64,000 bases of DNA, from the sequence record DRR723986_21860; one strand, given 5' to 3'. The position numbers were made by a program, and so were the translations under genes. The notes beneath the pieces were generated by a model. It had not been told where the DNA came from. It did not search any database and saw nothing but the letters and a program-made list of their open reading frames with translations. This document shows positions 8,783 to 18,438 of the stretch, in pieces; the first letter of the stretch is position 1, and each line of letters opens with the position of its first letter.

Positions 8783-10003
8783 ATGGAATATCAAATTTCA
8801 TCAAAAGCTAAAAGAACAATATTTGCGACAATCGGTGTCGGGTTGATATTGTTTATTATCGGAGCGATCGTTGATAGTGGCTCTGAGCAATTTCAGACGA
8901 GAATGTTATCCAATTTTCTAATTGATGGATTCTTCTTCTTTGCTATCGCATTAGGTGCATTATTCTTTCTTGCATTGCAATATGCAACTGAAACAGGATG
9001 GTCTGTAGCCATTAAAAGAATCGTTGAAGGTGTCGCATCTTATGTTCAGGTTGGTATTGTTATACTGATTTTAGTATTCGCGGTAATTTCAATGATGTCA
9101 GGTGGATATACTGTAGATGCACACGGTCATCACGTTGGTCACATTTACCAATGGATGGACCCAGAGGTGGTTGCTCATGATACTATGATTGCTAACAAAG
9201 CACCATTCTTAACACAACCATTTTTCTGGATTGCGACATTAATTTACTTTGCTACTTACTTCTTATTCTATAAAGGTTTTAGAAAAAGATCTTTACAAGA
9301 GGATATTGAAGGTGGAACAGCTATTCACATGAAGAACTTTGCGAAAGGTGCATTATTCTTAGTGTTATTTGGATACATGTCATCAACTTCATCATGGCAC
9401 TGGATTATGTCGATTGATGCGCACTGGTTTTCTACACTATTCGGATGGTATACATTCGGTGGAATGTGGTGTACTTCAATGACGACAATCATGTTATTGT
9501 TGATTTACCTTAAAAAGAACGGATATTTAGAAAAAGTGAATGATTCACACATCCATGATGTGGGTAAATGGATCTTCGCAACTTCTTTCCTTTGGTCTTA
9601 TTTATTTTTCTCTCAGTTCATGTTGTATTGGTACGCCGATATTCCTGAAGAAGTAATATACTATGTTCAAAGAATCGAACAATACCCTGTAATTTTCTGG
9701 GGAATGTTTATGATCAACTTCATCATTCCAATGTTGATTTTGATGTCAAGAGAAGCGAAAAGAAATCCTGGAATATTAATGGCAGTTTGTGTAATCATCA
9801 TTTTGGGTCACTGGGCTGATGTATTCATGCTTGTTACTCCTGGATCCATGGGTGAGTTTGGAACTATTGGGTTAATTGAGGTAGGATTATTCTTAGCATT
9901 TGCTGGTGGATTCACATTCTTTATCCTGAATACATTGACTAAGGCTCCATTAATGCCTAAGAATCACCCTTATTTGGATGAAAGTAAACACCACGAGATT
10001 TAA
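8783..10003 (+). CDS. actF: Alternative complex III subunit F (NrfD-like membrane subunit)
   Basis: About 10 TM helices; WIMSIDAHWFSTLFGWY and FSQFMLYWYADIPEE motifs. Confidence 0.9.
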   Translation: MEYQISSKAKRTIFATIGVGLILFIIGAIVDSGSEQFQTRMLSNFLIDGFFFFAIALGALFFLALQYATETGWSVAIKRIVEGVASYVQVGIVILILVFAVISMMSGGYTVDAHGHHVGHIYQWMDPEVVAHDTMIANKAPFLTQPFFWIATLIYFATYFLFYKGFRKRSLQEDIEGGTAIHMKNFAKGALFLVLFGYMSSTSSWHWIMSIDAHWFSTLFGWYTFGGMWCTSMTTIMLLLIYLKKNGYLEKVNDSHIHDVGKWIFATSFLWSYLFFSQFMLYWYADIPEEVIYYVQRIEQYPVIFWGMFMINFIIPMLILMSREAKRNPGILMAVCVIIILGHWADVFMLVTPGSMGEFGTIGLIEVGLFLAFAGGFTFFILNTLTKAPLMPKNHPYLDESKHHEI

Positions 10004-10030
10004 TAGATTATAGCGTAAAAAGATTTTAAA

Positions 10031-11284
10031 ATGGGAATGAAATTAATTGTACTAGTCGTAATCGTTTTAGCAGTAATTGCTGTGGCGCAATTGATGCGTG
10101 TTTACGAACTTTCTGCCAAATTAAAAGGGCATAAAGAAGAGGAGGTTAACCTAAAGACAAACAATATGAATGCTGGCCTCATGCTTGTATTCATGGCTAT
10201 TTTCTTTGGCTCGTTAATCTACATGTTAGCAAAGTATGGTAATGGTATGTTACCTGAAGCAGCTTCTGAACACGGTCAAGATGTTGACTGGTTGTTCGGA
10301 TTGAACTGGGTAATTGTATTTACAGTTTACTTCGCCTGTAACTTCTTACTTTTCTATTTTGCATATAAGTATTCTTATCATCCAGATAGAAAGGCTCATT
10401 TCTTTCCTCATGATAATAAATTAGAAATGATCTGGACAGTAGTTCCGGCAATCGCTTTGGCTTTCATTATTATTTTTGGATTGATAACCTGGAACAAAAT
10501 TACGGGTGCACCATCAGATGATGCAGTTGTGGTTGAGTTATACGCAAAACAGTTCGACTGGACAGCGCGTTACTCAGGCGAAGACAATAAATTAGGTTAT
10601 GCTGATTACAAATTGGTAAATGGAGAAAATCCGTTAGGAGTAATCACTGCTGAAAACATTGACGCAAGAGTTGCTGAAATTGATGAAATTATCGCGGGTA
10701 ACCAAGCGGCATTGGATGGATTAGATTCTGGAACAGTGATTTTATCTGTTGCGAACCAAATCAAAATGCAATCAGAACTTGAAAAATTGGGAAGAATTAA
10801 AGAAAGAATTTTGACAATGGCTGAGACAATGGGTGACTCTGTATATACAATGGCTCAAGATGATTTCACATCAAAATCAGCTTTATTCTTAATAAAAGAC
10901 CAAGAGTATCAATTTATCTTTAGATCTAGAGATGTAATTCACTCGGCTTATTTCCCTCACTTTAGAGCTCAAATGAACTGTGTTCCTGGGCAACGCACTA
11001 AATTGAAGTTTAAGCCAATCTTTACAACAGCAGAAATGAAGGAGAAAACAGGAAATCCTAATTTCGAATATGTATTGATGTGTAATAAGATTTGCGGAGT
11101 ATCTCACTCAAATATGTGGCTACCAGTTAAAGTTGGTACTGCAGAAGAGTTTGAGGCTTGGAGAACAGACGGAATTAGCACAGCAAAAGTAATTGCTGAT
11201 CCTGCGGTTGAAGAAACAGCAGAGGTTATTGAAGAGCCTGTGGTTGAAGTAGAGGAAATTGTGGAAGAAAACGCAAACCACTAG
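10031..11284 (+). CDS. ctaC: Cytochrome c oxidase subunit II (CuA)
   Basis: LEMIWTVVP, AKQFDWTARY, DVIHS and CuA loop CNKICGVSHSNM. Confidence 0.92.
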   Translation: MGMKLIVLVVIVLAVIAVAQLMRVYELSAKLKGHKEEEVNLKTNNMNAGLMLVFMAIFFGSLIYMLAKYGNGMLPEAASEHGQDVDWLFGLNWVIVFTVYFACNFLLFYFAYKYSYHPDRKAHFFPHDNKLEMIWTVVPAIALAFIIIFGLITWNKITGAPSDDAVVVELYAKQFDWTARYSGEDNKLGYADYKLVNGENPLGVITAENIDARVAEIDEIIAGNQAALDGLDSGTVILSVANQIKMQSELEKLGRIKERILTMAETMGDSVYTMAQDDFTSKSALFLIKDQEYQFIFRSRDVIHSAYFPHFRAQMNCVPGQRTKLKFKPIFTTAEMKEKTGNPNFEYVLMCNKICGVSHSNMWLPVKVGTAEEFEAWRTDGISTAKVIADPAVEETAEVIEEPVVEVEEIVEENANH

Positions 11285-11334
11285 GATTAGATAGAATTGA
11301 ATTAATAAGATTAGAAAAAATTAAAGAATAAATT

Positions 11335-13125
11335 ATGTCAGCAGCAGCAGCTCACGATCACGGACATCACCACAAAGAAAGCTTCATCACGAAGTATATT
11401 TTCAGTCAGGATCATAAAATGATTGGAAAACAGTTTCTTGTTACAGCCATTGTAATGGCGGTGGTAGCAGTTATTTTGTCAGTATTATTCAGAATTCAAT
11501 TAGGTTGGCCAGGAGAAAGCAATAGTGCTTTATCATTTTTCTTAGGTGATACTTGGGCACCAAATGGTGTGCTTGATCGAGGTATGTATCTCGGATTGGT
11601 TACCATTCACGGTACCATTATGGTATTCTTCGTATTGACAGGTGGTTTATCAGGAACATTCTCTAACTTATTAATTCCACTTCAGTTAGGAGCACGTGAT
11701 ATGGCTTCTGGTTTACTAAATATGATCTCATATTGGTTGTTCTTTATTTCGTCTTGTTTGATGCTGTACTCTTTATTCATTGAGACAGGACCTGCATCTG
11801 CTGGATGGACGATTTATCCTCCATTATCAGTTTATGAAGAAACAATCGGTGGTTCTGGACAAGGAATGACTTTATGGTTATTGTCTATGACAATATTCAT
11901 TGCTTCATCTTTATTAGGTTCATTGAACTATGTTGTAACAGTATTAAACTTAAGAACAAAAGGAATGAAAATGACCAGAATGCCATTGACTATTTGGGCG
12001 TTCTTTATTACTGCGGTAATTGGTATCCTTTCTTTCCCAGTTTTAGTTTCAGCAGTTGTTTTGATGTTGATGGATAGAACAATGGGTACTTCATTTTATG
12101 TAAATGATACAATTGTTGGAACAGAAATTTTAGAGCAATCAGGTGGATCACCAATATTGTTTGAGCACTTATTCTGGTTCTTAGGTCACCCTGAGGTATA
12201 CATTGTATTACTTCCGGCGCTAGGTTTAACTTCTGAAATCGTTTCTACTAACTCTAGAAAACCAATTTTCGGATACCGAGCAATGATCGGATCAATTTTA
12301 GCAATTGCATTCTTATCATTTATCGTTTGGGGTCACCACATGTTCATTACAGGTATGAACCCATTCTTAGGAGGTGTATTCGTATTTACGACCTTGTTGA
12401 TTGCAATTCCATCTGCCGTAAAAGTATTTAACTACTTAACGACTTTATGGAAAGGTAACATCAAATATACGCCTGCAATGTTGTTCTCAATCGGATTGGT
12501 TTCATCATTCATCACTGGTGGTATTACGGGTGTTATCCTTGCGGATTCAGCTTTAGATATCGCAGTACATGATACTTACTTTGTTGTGGCTCACTTCCAT
12601 GTTGTAATGGGATTATCTGCCATCTTCGGTATGTTTGCTGGTGTTTATCACTGGTTCCCTAAGATGTATGGTAGAATGATGAATTCTAAATTAGGTATGG
12701 TTCACTTCTGGTTAACTTTAGTTTCTGCCTATGGGGTATTCTTCCCAATGCACTTTGTTGGAATTGGTGGAGCTCCAAGAAGATACTACGATTACTCTGT
12801 GTACGAGAACTTTGATACGAACCAATTAGAGATGATGTTGGATTTAAATCAAATCATTTCAATCTTCGCAATCATTGGAGCATTAGCACAAGCGATCTTT
12901 ATTTTTAACTTCTTCTACAGCACTAGAAGAGGTCAAGTAGCGCCGCAAAACCCATGGAAAGGAAATTCACTTGAATGGACTACTCCTGTGGAACACATTC
13001 ATGGTAACTGGCCTGGTGAAATACCAACAGTTCACAGATGGCCTTATGACTATTCTAAGCCTGGAATGGAAGAGGATTATTGTCCTCAAAACGTTCCATT
13101 GCAAGAAGGCGAAGAAGAACATTAA
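11335..13125 (+). CDS. ctaD: Cytochrome c oxidase subunit I, A1-type heme-copper oxidase
   Basis: HGTIM, GWTIYPPLS, FWFLGHPEVY (A1 signature), VWGHHMF, HDTYFVVAHFH, PRRY. Confidence 0.96.
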   Translation: MSAAAAHDHGHHHKESFITKYIFSQDHKMIGKQFLVTAIVMAVVAVILSVLFRIQLGWPGESNSALSFFLGDTWAPNGVLDRGMYLGLVTIHGTIMVFFVLTGGLSGTFSNLLIPLQLGARDMASGLLNMISYWLFFISSCLMLYSLFIETGPASAGWTIYPPLSVYEETIGGSGQGMTLWLLSMTIFIASSLLGSLNYVVTVLNLRTKGMKMTRMPLTIWAFFITAVIGILSFPVLVSAVVLMLMDRTMGTSFYVNDTIVGTEILEQSGGSPILFEHLFWFLGHPEVYIVLLPALGLTSEIVSTNSRKPIFGYRAMIGSILAIAFLSFIVWGHHMFITGMNPFLGGVFVFTTLLIAIPSAVKVFNYLTTLWKGNIKYTPAMLFSIGLVSSFITGGITGVILADSALDIAVHDTYFVVAHFHVVMGLSAIFGMFAGVYHWFPKMYGRMMNSKLGMVHFWLTLVSAYGVFFPMHFVGIGGAPRRYYDYSVYENFDTNQLEMMLDLNQIISIFAIIGALAQAIFIFNFFYSTRRGQVAPQNPWKGNSLEWTTPVEHIHGNWPGEIPTVHRWPYDYSKPGMEEDYCPQNVPLQEGEEEH

Positions 13126-13148
13126 TAGACATTCAATTTAATTATATT

Positions 13149-13181
13149 AAAATCCCATCTAGTTTGCTAGGTGGGATTTTT
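13149..13181 (+). terminator. Rho-independent terminator of the act-cox operon
   Basis: Stem AAAATCCCATCTAG-TTTG-CTAGGTGGGATTTT followed by T residues. Confidence 0.85.
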
Positions 13182-13250
13182 GCTTTAATTACTTGACTTT
13201 CTGGTCTTTTTTCCTTATGTTATAGTATGAAGAAACAAATACTAAGCAAA

Positions 13251-13790
13251 ATGAAAACAATTTTAATAACATCATTAATTCTTGGATTTGCTTGAACTTC
13301 TAAGTCCCAATCTTTGGAACTTAGTGAAGCAATGAAAGGTCAAATTTATATAGAGGCCGTTGTAGATAACGAGCCTGCAATTTTAAGTAGTGAAGACCTC
13401 ATTATTTTCTTAGATGAGACTGAGGCCACATTTAGGTATATTCTCGACCCAGCAACCTTAAAAGGTCTAAATGATGAATATCAGCAGAGGCTTAATCAAT
13501 TAGAAAGCAAAATTGTAATTGAAGGCTTTCTAGAAATGCAGAAAATACCGCAAACGAGTCATGAACCTATGAGGGTAGATGTTCAAGCATCAACGAGTGG
13601 GTCTGAAATGAATGAACTGGCATTCGGTGAGGCGAATCTGAGGTATATGCACAGTCAATGGTTTGACACTTTATTAAAAATGAATTTAACCATTAAAAAG
13701 GGGATGTTGGGTATTGCAAGTGTATTAAATATAACCTCTGATGAAATCCACATAACAATCAAACACCCGGTCATTCACCAGAATATATAA
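13251..13790 (+). pseudogene. Secreted hypothetical protein with an in-frame TGA (13293-13295) at the end of its signal peptide; the downstream part is the 13314-13790 ORF
   Basis: MKTILITSLILGFA*TSKSQSLELSEAM is a single reading frame (a further in-frame ATG is at 13227); the ORF track starts at TTG 13314 only because of the stop. Confidence 0.6.
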
Positions 13791-13852
13791 GATAAACATC
13801 ACTTTGTTATCCATTTTTACTCTACAAGAGAAATAGTCTTTTCTTAAAGCTG

Positions 13853-13860
13853 TATATTTG
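13853..13860 (+). promoter_or_regulatory. Bacteroidota -7 promoter element (TATATTTG) for ruvB, implying a very short leader
   Basis: TAnnTTTG with 8 nt between it and ATG 13869. Confidence 0.55.
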
Positions 13861-13868
13861 AGCTAAAG

Positions 13869-14906
13869 ATGGAAGAACTAGAGTCATTTGATTATAGGGG
13901 AGAAGAAAATTTCTCAGGCAAAGAAGAAGAAATCGATAAAGTCTTACGACCTAAGATGTTCAACGACTTTGCTGGTCAACATAAAGTCATTGAAAATTTA
14001 GAAGTTTTCGTTGAGGCCGCTAAACAGAGAAACGAATCTTTAGATCACGTGCTTTTACATGGCCCTCCAGGCCTTGGTAAAACGACTTTAGCAAATATTT
14101 TAGCCAACGAACTAGGCGTGGGAATTAAAATCACCACGGGTCCTGTACTGGATAAACCTGGAGATTTGGCTGGTCTTTTGACCAATCTTGAAGAGGGTGA
14201 CGTATTGTTCATAGATGAAATTCATAGACTTTCACCAGTAATAGAAGAATATCTTTATTCTGCCATGGAAGATTTTATGATCGATATCATGATTGATTCT
14301 GGACCATCAGCAAGAACAGTTCAACTGACACTGAATTCTTTTACTTTAATTGGAGCAACAACAAGATCAGGTCTTTTAACTTCACCCTTAAGAGCACGAT
14401 TCGGCATCAATAGTCGACTTGAATATTACGACACAGAAGTTTTATCCAATATTGTGACTAGAGCAGCGGGTATTTTGAATGTAGAAATAATTGAAAATGC
14501 AGCCATAGAAATTGCTAGAAGAAGTAGAGGTACACCTAGAATTGCTAACGCATTGTTAAGAAGAGTCCGAGATTTTGCCCAAATAAAGGGTAATGGAGTA
14601 ATAGATTTAGACATTGCCAATATTGCATTAGAAGCACTAAATGTGGATCAAAATGGCTTAGATGAAATGGATAACAAGATTTTATCTGTCATTATAGATA
14701 AGTTCAATGGTGGACCGGTTGGGTTAACGACAATTGCCACTGCTGTTGGAGAAAATGCTGGAACCATTGAGGAAGTTTACGAACCATTCTTAATCAAAGA
14801 AGGATACATTATGCGAACTCCACGTGGAAGGAAAGTTACTGAGAAAGCATATAAACATCTAGGTCGAGATCTGGGCTTTTTCCAAAAAGGCTTATTCAAT
14901 GAATAA
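13869..14906 (+). CDS. ruvB: Holliday junction branch migration helicase RuvB
   Basis: [15 protein letters not shown] Walker [45 protein letters not shown]. Confidence 0.98.
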   Translation: MEELESFDYRGEENFSGKEEEIDKVLRPKMFNDFAGQHKVIENLEVFVEAAKQRNESLDHVLLHGPPGLGKTTLANILANELGVGIKITTGPVLDKPGDLAGLLTNLEEGDVLFIDEIHRLSPVIEEYLYSAMEDFMIDIMIDSGPSARTVQLTLNSFTLIGATTRSGLLTSPLRARFGINSRLEYYDTEVLSNIVTRAAGILNVEIIENAAIEIARRSRGTPRIANALLRRVRDFAQIKGNGVIDLDIANIALEALNVDQNGLDEMDNKILSVIIDKFNGGPVGLTTIATAVGENAGTIEEVYEPFLIKEGYIMRTPRGRKVTEKAYKHLGRDLGFFQKGLFNE

Positions 14907-15822
14907 GGAGCAAATTTCTGCTCTCATAAAATCCCATGCAGATCGCTTGGGATTTTTATCTTGTGGAATATCACGCGTACAATTTTTAGAACAGGAGGCA
15001 AAGCACCTTGAGAATTGGTTAGCTAAAAATTACAACGGTAAAATGGCTTACATGGCCAATCATTTTGATAAGCGTTTGAATCCATCTTTGCTGGTAGATG
15101 ATGCCAAATCTGTCATCTCTGTCTTAGTCAATTATTATCCTGAAAAAGATTTGTTCGATCAAAAAGAAATTAAAATTTCAAAGTATGCCTATGGCAAAGA
15201 TTACCATCAGGTAATCAGAGCAAAATTGAATGAGTTGATTGATATCATAACTGAAGAGGTTGGAGAAGTCAATGCTCGTTGTTTCACAGATTCAGCTCCT
15301 GTTTTAGATAAAGCTTGGGCAGAGCGATCAGGGCTTGGATGGATTGGAAAAAACGCTAATCTGATTTCAACTCAAAAAGGATCTTTTTTTTTCATTGGAG
15401 AGATTATTATTGATCTTGAACTTGCTTATGACCTTCCAGCAACTGATCACTGCGGAACTTGTACTAAATGTATAGATGCTTGTCCAACTGAAGCAATAGT
15501 GCAACCTCAACTTGTAGATGGATCAAAATGCATTTCTTACCTCACCATAGAATTGAAAGATGAAATTTTACCTCCATCATTTAAAGATCAAATGGATGGT
15601 TGGGCTTTTGGCTGTGACGTTTGTCAAGATGTTTGTCCGTGGAATCGATTTTCAAAGCCGCATGCTGAAGAAAGCTTTAAGCCGCATCCGGAATTGGAAT
15701 CTGCAGATTTGACTCAGCTCACCAAAGAAACCTTCAATGAACTATTCAGAAAATCGGCGATTAAAAGAACAAAGTTTGAAGGGCTCAAGAGAAATATAGA
15801 ATTCTTAAAAAAGAAGGCATAA
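14899..15822 (+). CDS. queG: tRNA epoxyqueuosine(34) reductase QueG
   Basis: [60 protein letters not shown]. Confidence 0.96.
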   Translation: MNKEQISALIKSHADRLGFLSCGISRVQFLEQEAKHLENWLAKNYNGKMAYMANHFDKRLNPSLLVDDAKSVISVLVNYYPEKDLFDQKEIKISKYAYGKDYHQVIRAKLNELIDIITEEVGEVNARCFTDSAPVLDKAWAERSGLGWIGKNANLISTQKGSFFFIGEIIIDLELAYDLPATDHCGTCTKCIDACPTEAIVQPQLVDGSKCISYLTIELKDEILPPSFKDQMDGWAFGCDVCQDVCPWNRFSKPHAEESFKPHPELESADLTQLTKETFNELFRKSAIKRTKFEGLKRNIEFLKKKA

Positions 15823-15853
15823 AAAAATCCCGTCCTTATCAGAACGGGATTTG
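15821..15853. terminator. Hairpin terminator between convergent queG and the small ORF
   Basis: AAATCCCGT...ACGGGATTT stem with an A7 run on the left and T-rich sequence on the right. Confidence 0.75.
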
Positions 15854-15870
15854 TTATAAATTTTGTTCGT

Positions 15871-16056
15871 TTAAGCTTTCTTAAAAGCTACTCTTAAAAC
15901 ATCTGGATAGGTACTTCCGAAATTTGATATGCACCACTCCTTAAATCCATCAATTTCATCAGATTTCAACCAGCTTAACGCTTTCTTCAATTCTTTCTGA
16001 AATAATAATTTGTCGAAACTAACTTTCGTTAGGATCTCCTTGCATAATTCTAACAT
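15871..16056 (-). CDS. Small (61 aa) hypothetical protein
   Basis: ATG start, own TATTTTTG element (16082-16089, minus strand) and downstream terminator; ILTKVSFD..LF.KEL.KA resembles a small conserved Bacteroidota family (from memory). Confidence 0.75.
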   Translation of the reverse strand: MLELCKEILTKVSFDKLLFQKELKKALSWLKSDEIDGFKEWCISNFGSTYPDVLRVAFKKA

Positions 16057-16308
16057 ATGATTCGGTTCTTAAATAGTTCCACAAAAATACCCTTTTGTTC
16101 GACTAAACATTGAAAATTAAAGACGAACTTATTAACAATTCTTCTTTCAATTAACATTAGGTACTTTTTATAAGACGCTATTTGGTTTGGTTTATTTTCT
16201 ATAAGGTACTAAAAAAATGTTAATTCTCCTTAATAAAATTCTTTAGGATTTAAACTTTAACAGAATTTTTGTTGTGTAGAATATTTTAACAGTTCGTATC
16301 TTAGCTCA

Positions 16309-17163
16309 ATGAGAAAAATACTAATACTCTTTTCCCTAATTTCATGTGTTCAAATTAGCATGGCGAGTGTCGTTCAGGATACCTTATACATCTATAAAGA
16401 CACAATCACCATTGCAAACGTTAATGTGCAGATGTGTGTTTTTAGCGACAGCGCTTTTTTCAAACCAGAAAATTTTACGTTTGAATTGAATTCAGATGAC
16501 ACCCTAGATCTACATGTTATCAATAATGACACATTAGCTCATACCTTTACCATTGATGGTGTCCTCACTAGTTCAAATACAATTGCAGCCAGTTCTTCAG
16601 CTGACTTTCTAATCGACTTGCCATCTGATGGAGCTTTTAGGTATTATTCTGATATGACTTATGGCCATTTCCTTGGGGCTTCCGGAATTATAATGAAGGG
16701 GTACTCTTCATATCCAAAATTTTATTGGAATATGTTCGAGCAAAACGGCTCGTTGTCTTACGCCTTTGCTGATTTAACTGTGACAAATACACCATTAAAC
16801 TATGTTCCAGATTTATTTACGATAAATTTTGATGTTCATCCAAATTTAGAGTTTGATCCATTAGCCAAAGTCATTGGTAATGTGGGTGACACCTTAATCA
16901 TCACAGTTGTAAATTCAGGTCAAATGGAGCATACGTTACATTTTCACGGATTTCATATTGAGATTCTTGAAGCGTCCTTGAATACAAAAATGATTGGCTG
17001 GAGTAAAGATACTTTTCCAATTGAATTGACTGAAGTTATAGTAATGCGCTTAATTCCACATCAAGAGGGGCTTTATCCAGTGCATGAACACAACTTAATA
17101 AATGTAACTTCTTCCGGAGTATATCCGGGAGGAATGTTGAATTTAATTGACATACAGCCATGA
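16309..17163 (+). CDS. Multicopper-oxidase-domain protein A (two cupredoxin domains; HxxHxH and HxH present, no type-1 Cys)
   Basis: Signal peptide; HTLHFHGFH and YPVHEHNL...PGGM in the second domain; degenerate first domain (AHTF...YYSD...GH). Confidence 0.8.
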   Translation: MRKILILFSLISCVQISMASVVQDTLYIYKDTITIANVNVQMCVFSDSAFFKPENFTFELNSDDTLDLHVINNDTLAHTFTIDGVLTSSNTIAASSSADFLIDLPSDGAFRYYSDMTYGHFLGASGIIMKGYSSYPKFYWNMFEQNGSLSYAFADLTVTNTPLNYVPDLFTINFDVHPNLEFDPLAKVIGNVGDTLIITVVNSGQMEHTLHFHGFHIEILEASLNTKMIGWSKDTFPIELTEVIVMRLIPHQEGLYPVHEHNLINVTSSGVYPGGMLNLIDIQP

Positions 17164-18323
17164 GAAAGACATTGTTATTGTTAGGAATTTTGTTCAGTTC
17201 AATTGTTTACTCTCAAAATGTAGACACGTGGTTGGGAGCTCAAATGCTTGGAAACAAATTGTTAGACAATGGAAATATTGTTCAAATATGGGGTTATGGT
17301 TTGTATAGTCCTGGATTATGGGGGATAACAGTACCAGCACCTGTTTTAGAGTATAATCAAGGCGACACCGTGACACTTCATTTTATAAATGATTCACCTG
17401 AAGACCACACCATTCATCTACACGGCTTGGATGTACCTACAATTTATGATGGAGTACCTTCAACTTCTTTTGAAGTTAACCCAAATGATACTACAGAATA
17501 CGTTTTTATAGCTGAAAACGAAGGGTCATTTTTGTATCACTGCCATGTGCTCACAACACTGCACCTTACCATGGGAATGTATGGAATGATTGTGGTTCAT
17601 CCTGACCCTAATCAGCAGCTTGTTTATACAGGGGGGCCATCTTATAACATAGATTATAATTTTTTGAATTCAGATATGGACGAGTCGGTGAATGACAATC
17701 CTCTATCACCAGGTCCTTTCAATGAGTTTCAGATGGATTATTTTATGGTGAATGGATTGTCTGGTAATCAGTTGTATAATTCTACGGCTAATCATGTATT
17801 TGCACATGCAGGTGATTCGGTATTGCTGAGAATCGGTAGCATGGCCTATTCGAAATCGATCTATTATTTCCCACCAGAATTGAACGCTCGAGCTTATACA
17901 AGTGACGGTAGAGTCTTACCGAATCCTTTTAATTGTGATACGTTGGTTGTGCATTCAGGTGAGCGTTATGGCGTACTATTAACTCCAATTGCGGATGTAG
18001 ATACTGATATTAGAGTCGAATCTATTGAGATGAGAACAAATGAACTAAAACATACAAATCTAATAAGACTCAATACCGATTTAGGATTTGAAAGTGACAA
18101 CATGAATGATAATTTAATCTATCCAAACCCAACAAATGGTCAACTATATTTTGTGACAGATAACCCAGGATCAGAAATAGAGATTTATAATATACAAGGA
18201 GCAATAGTAAATAAATTACTAATTAATTCAAATCAAGAATTTTTAGATTTATCAAAATTGGAAAACGGCTCTTATTTCATCAAGTATCAACAAGAAACGT
18301 ATAAAGTCATTTTAGTAAAATAG
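17160..18323 (+). CDS. Multicopper-oxidase-domain protein B with a type-1 Cu site and T9SS type A C-terminal domain
   Basis: HTIHLHG and YHCHVLTTLHLTMGM; second cupredoxin-like domain (FMVNG...SGERY) lacks the His motifs; YPNP...KVILVK CTD; ATGA overlap with the upstream gene. Confidence 0.85.
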   Translation: MRKTLLLLGILFSSIVYSQNVDTWLGAQMLGNKLLDNGNIVQIWGYGLYSPGLWGITVPAPVLEYNQGDTVTLHFINDSPEDHTIHLHGLDVPTIYDGVPSTSFEVNPNDTTEYVFIAENEGSFLYHCHVLTTLHLTMGMYGMIVVHPDPNQQLVYTGGPSYNIDYNFLNSDMDESVNDNPLSPGPFNEFQMDYFMVNGLSGNQLYNSTANHVFAHAGDSVLLRIGSMAYSKSIYYFPPELNARAYTSDGRVLPNPFNCDTLVVHSGERYGVLLTPIADVDTDIRVESIEMRTNELKHTNLIRLNTDLGFESDNMNDNLIYPNPTNGQLYFVTDNPGSEIEIYNIQGAIVNKLLINSNQEFLDLSKLENGSYFIKYQQETYKVILVK

Positions 18324-18438
18324 ACTTTTTTTCTGGAAGCCTTAGGTGAAATTAAAACGACCGTGTCTTATTCTTTAAATACCTTTCTAATACTAAAACA
18401 CTGTGAGTCAATCACTTTTTGCTGTTGGAATTTGCAGG

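Noticed and set aside
13293-13295. TGA as selenocysteine or evidence of an alternative genetic code
   Set aside because: It sits in a signal peptide with no redox motif or evident SECIS; TGA is a normal stop at 17163 and 62633, and Trp is encoded by TGG throughout.
17160-18323. Copper nitrite reductase NirK
   Set aside because: Has HxxHxH and HCH rather than the NirK HNIDxH/YHC pattern with catalytic Asp, and no denitrification genes are nearby.
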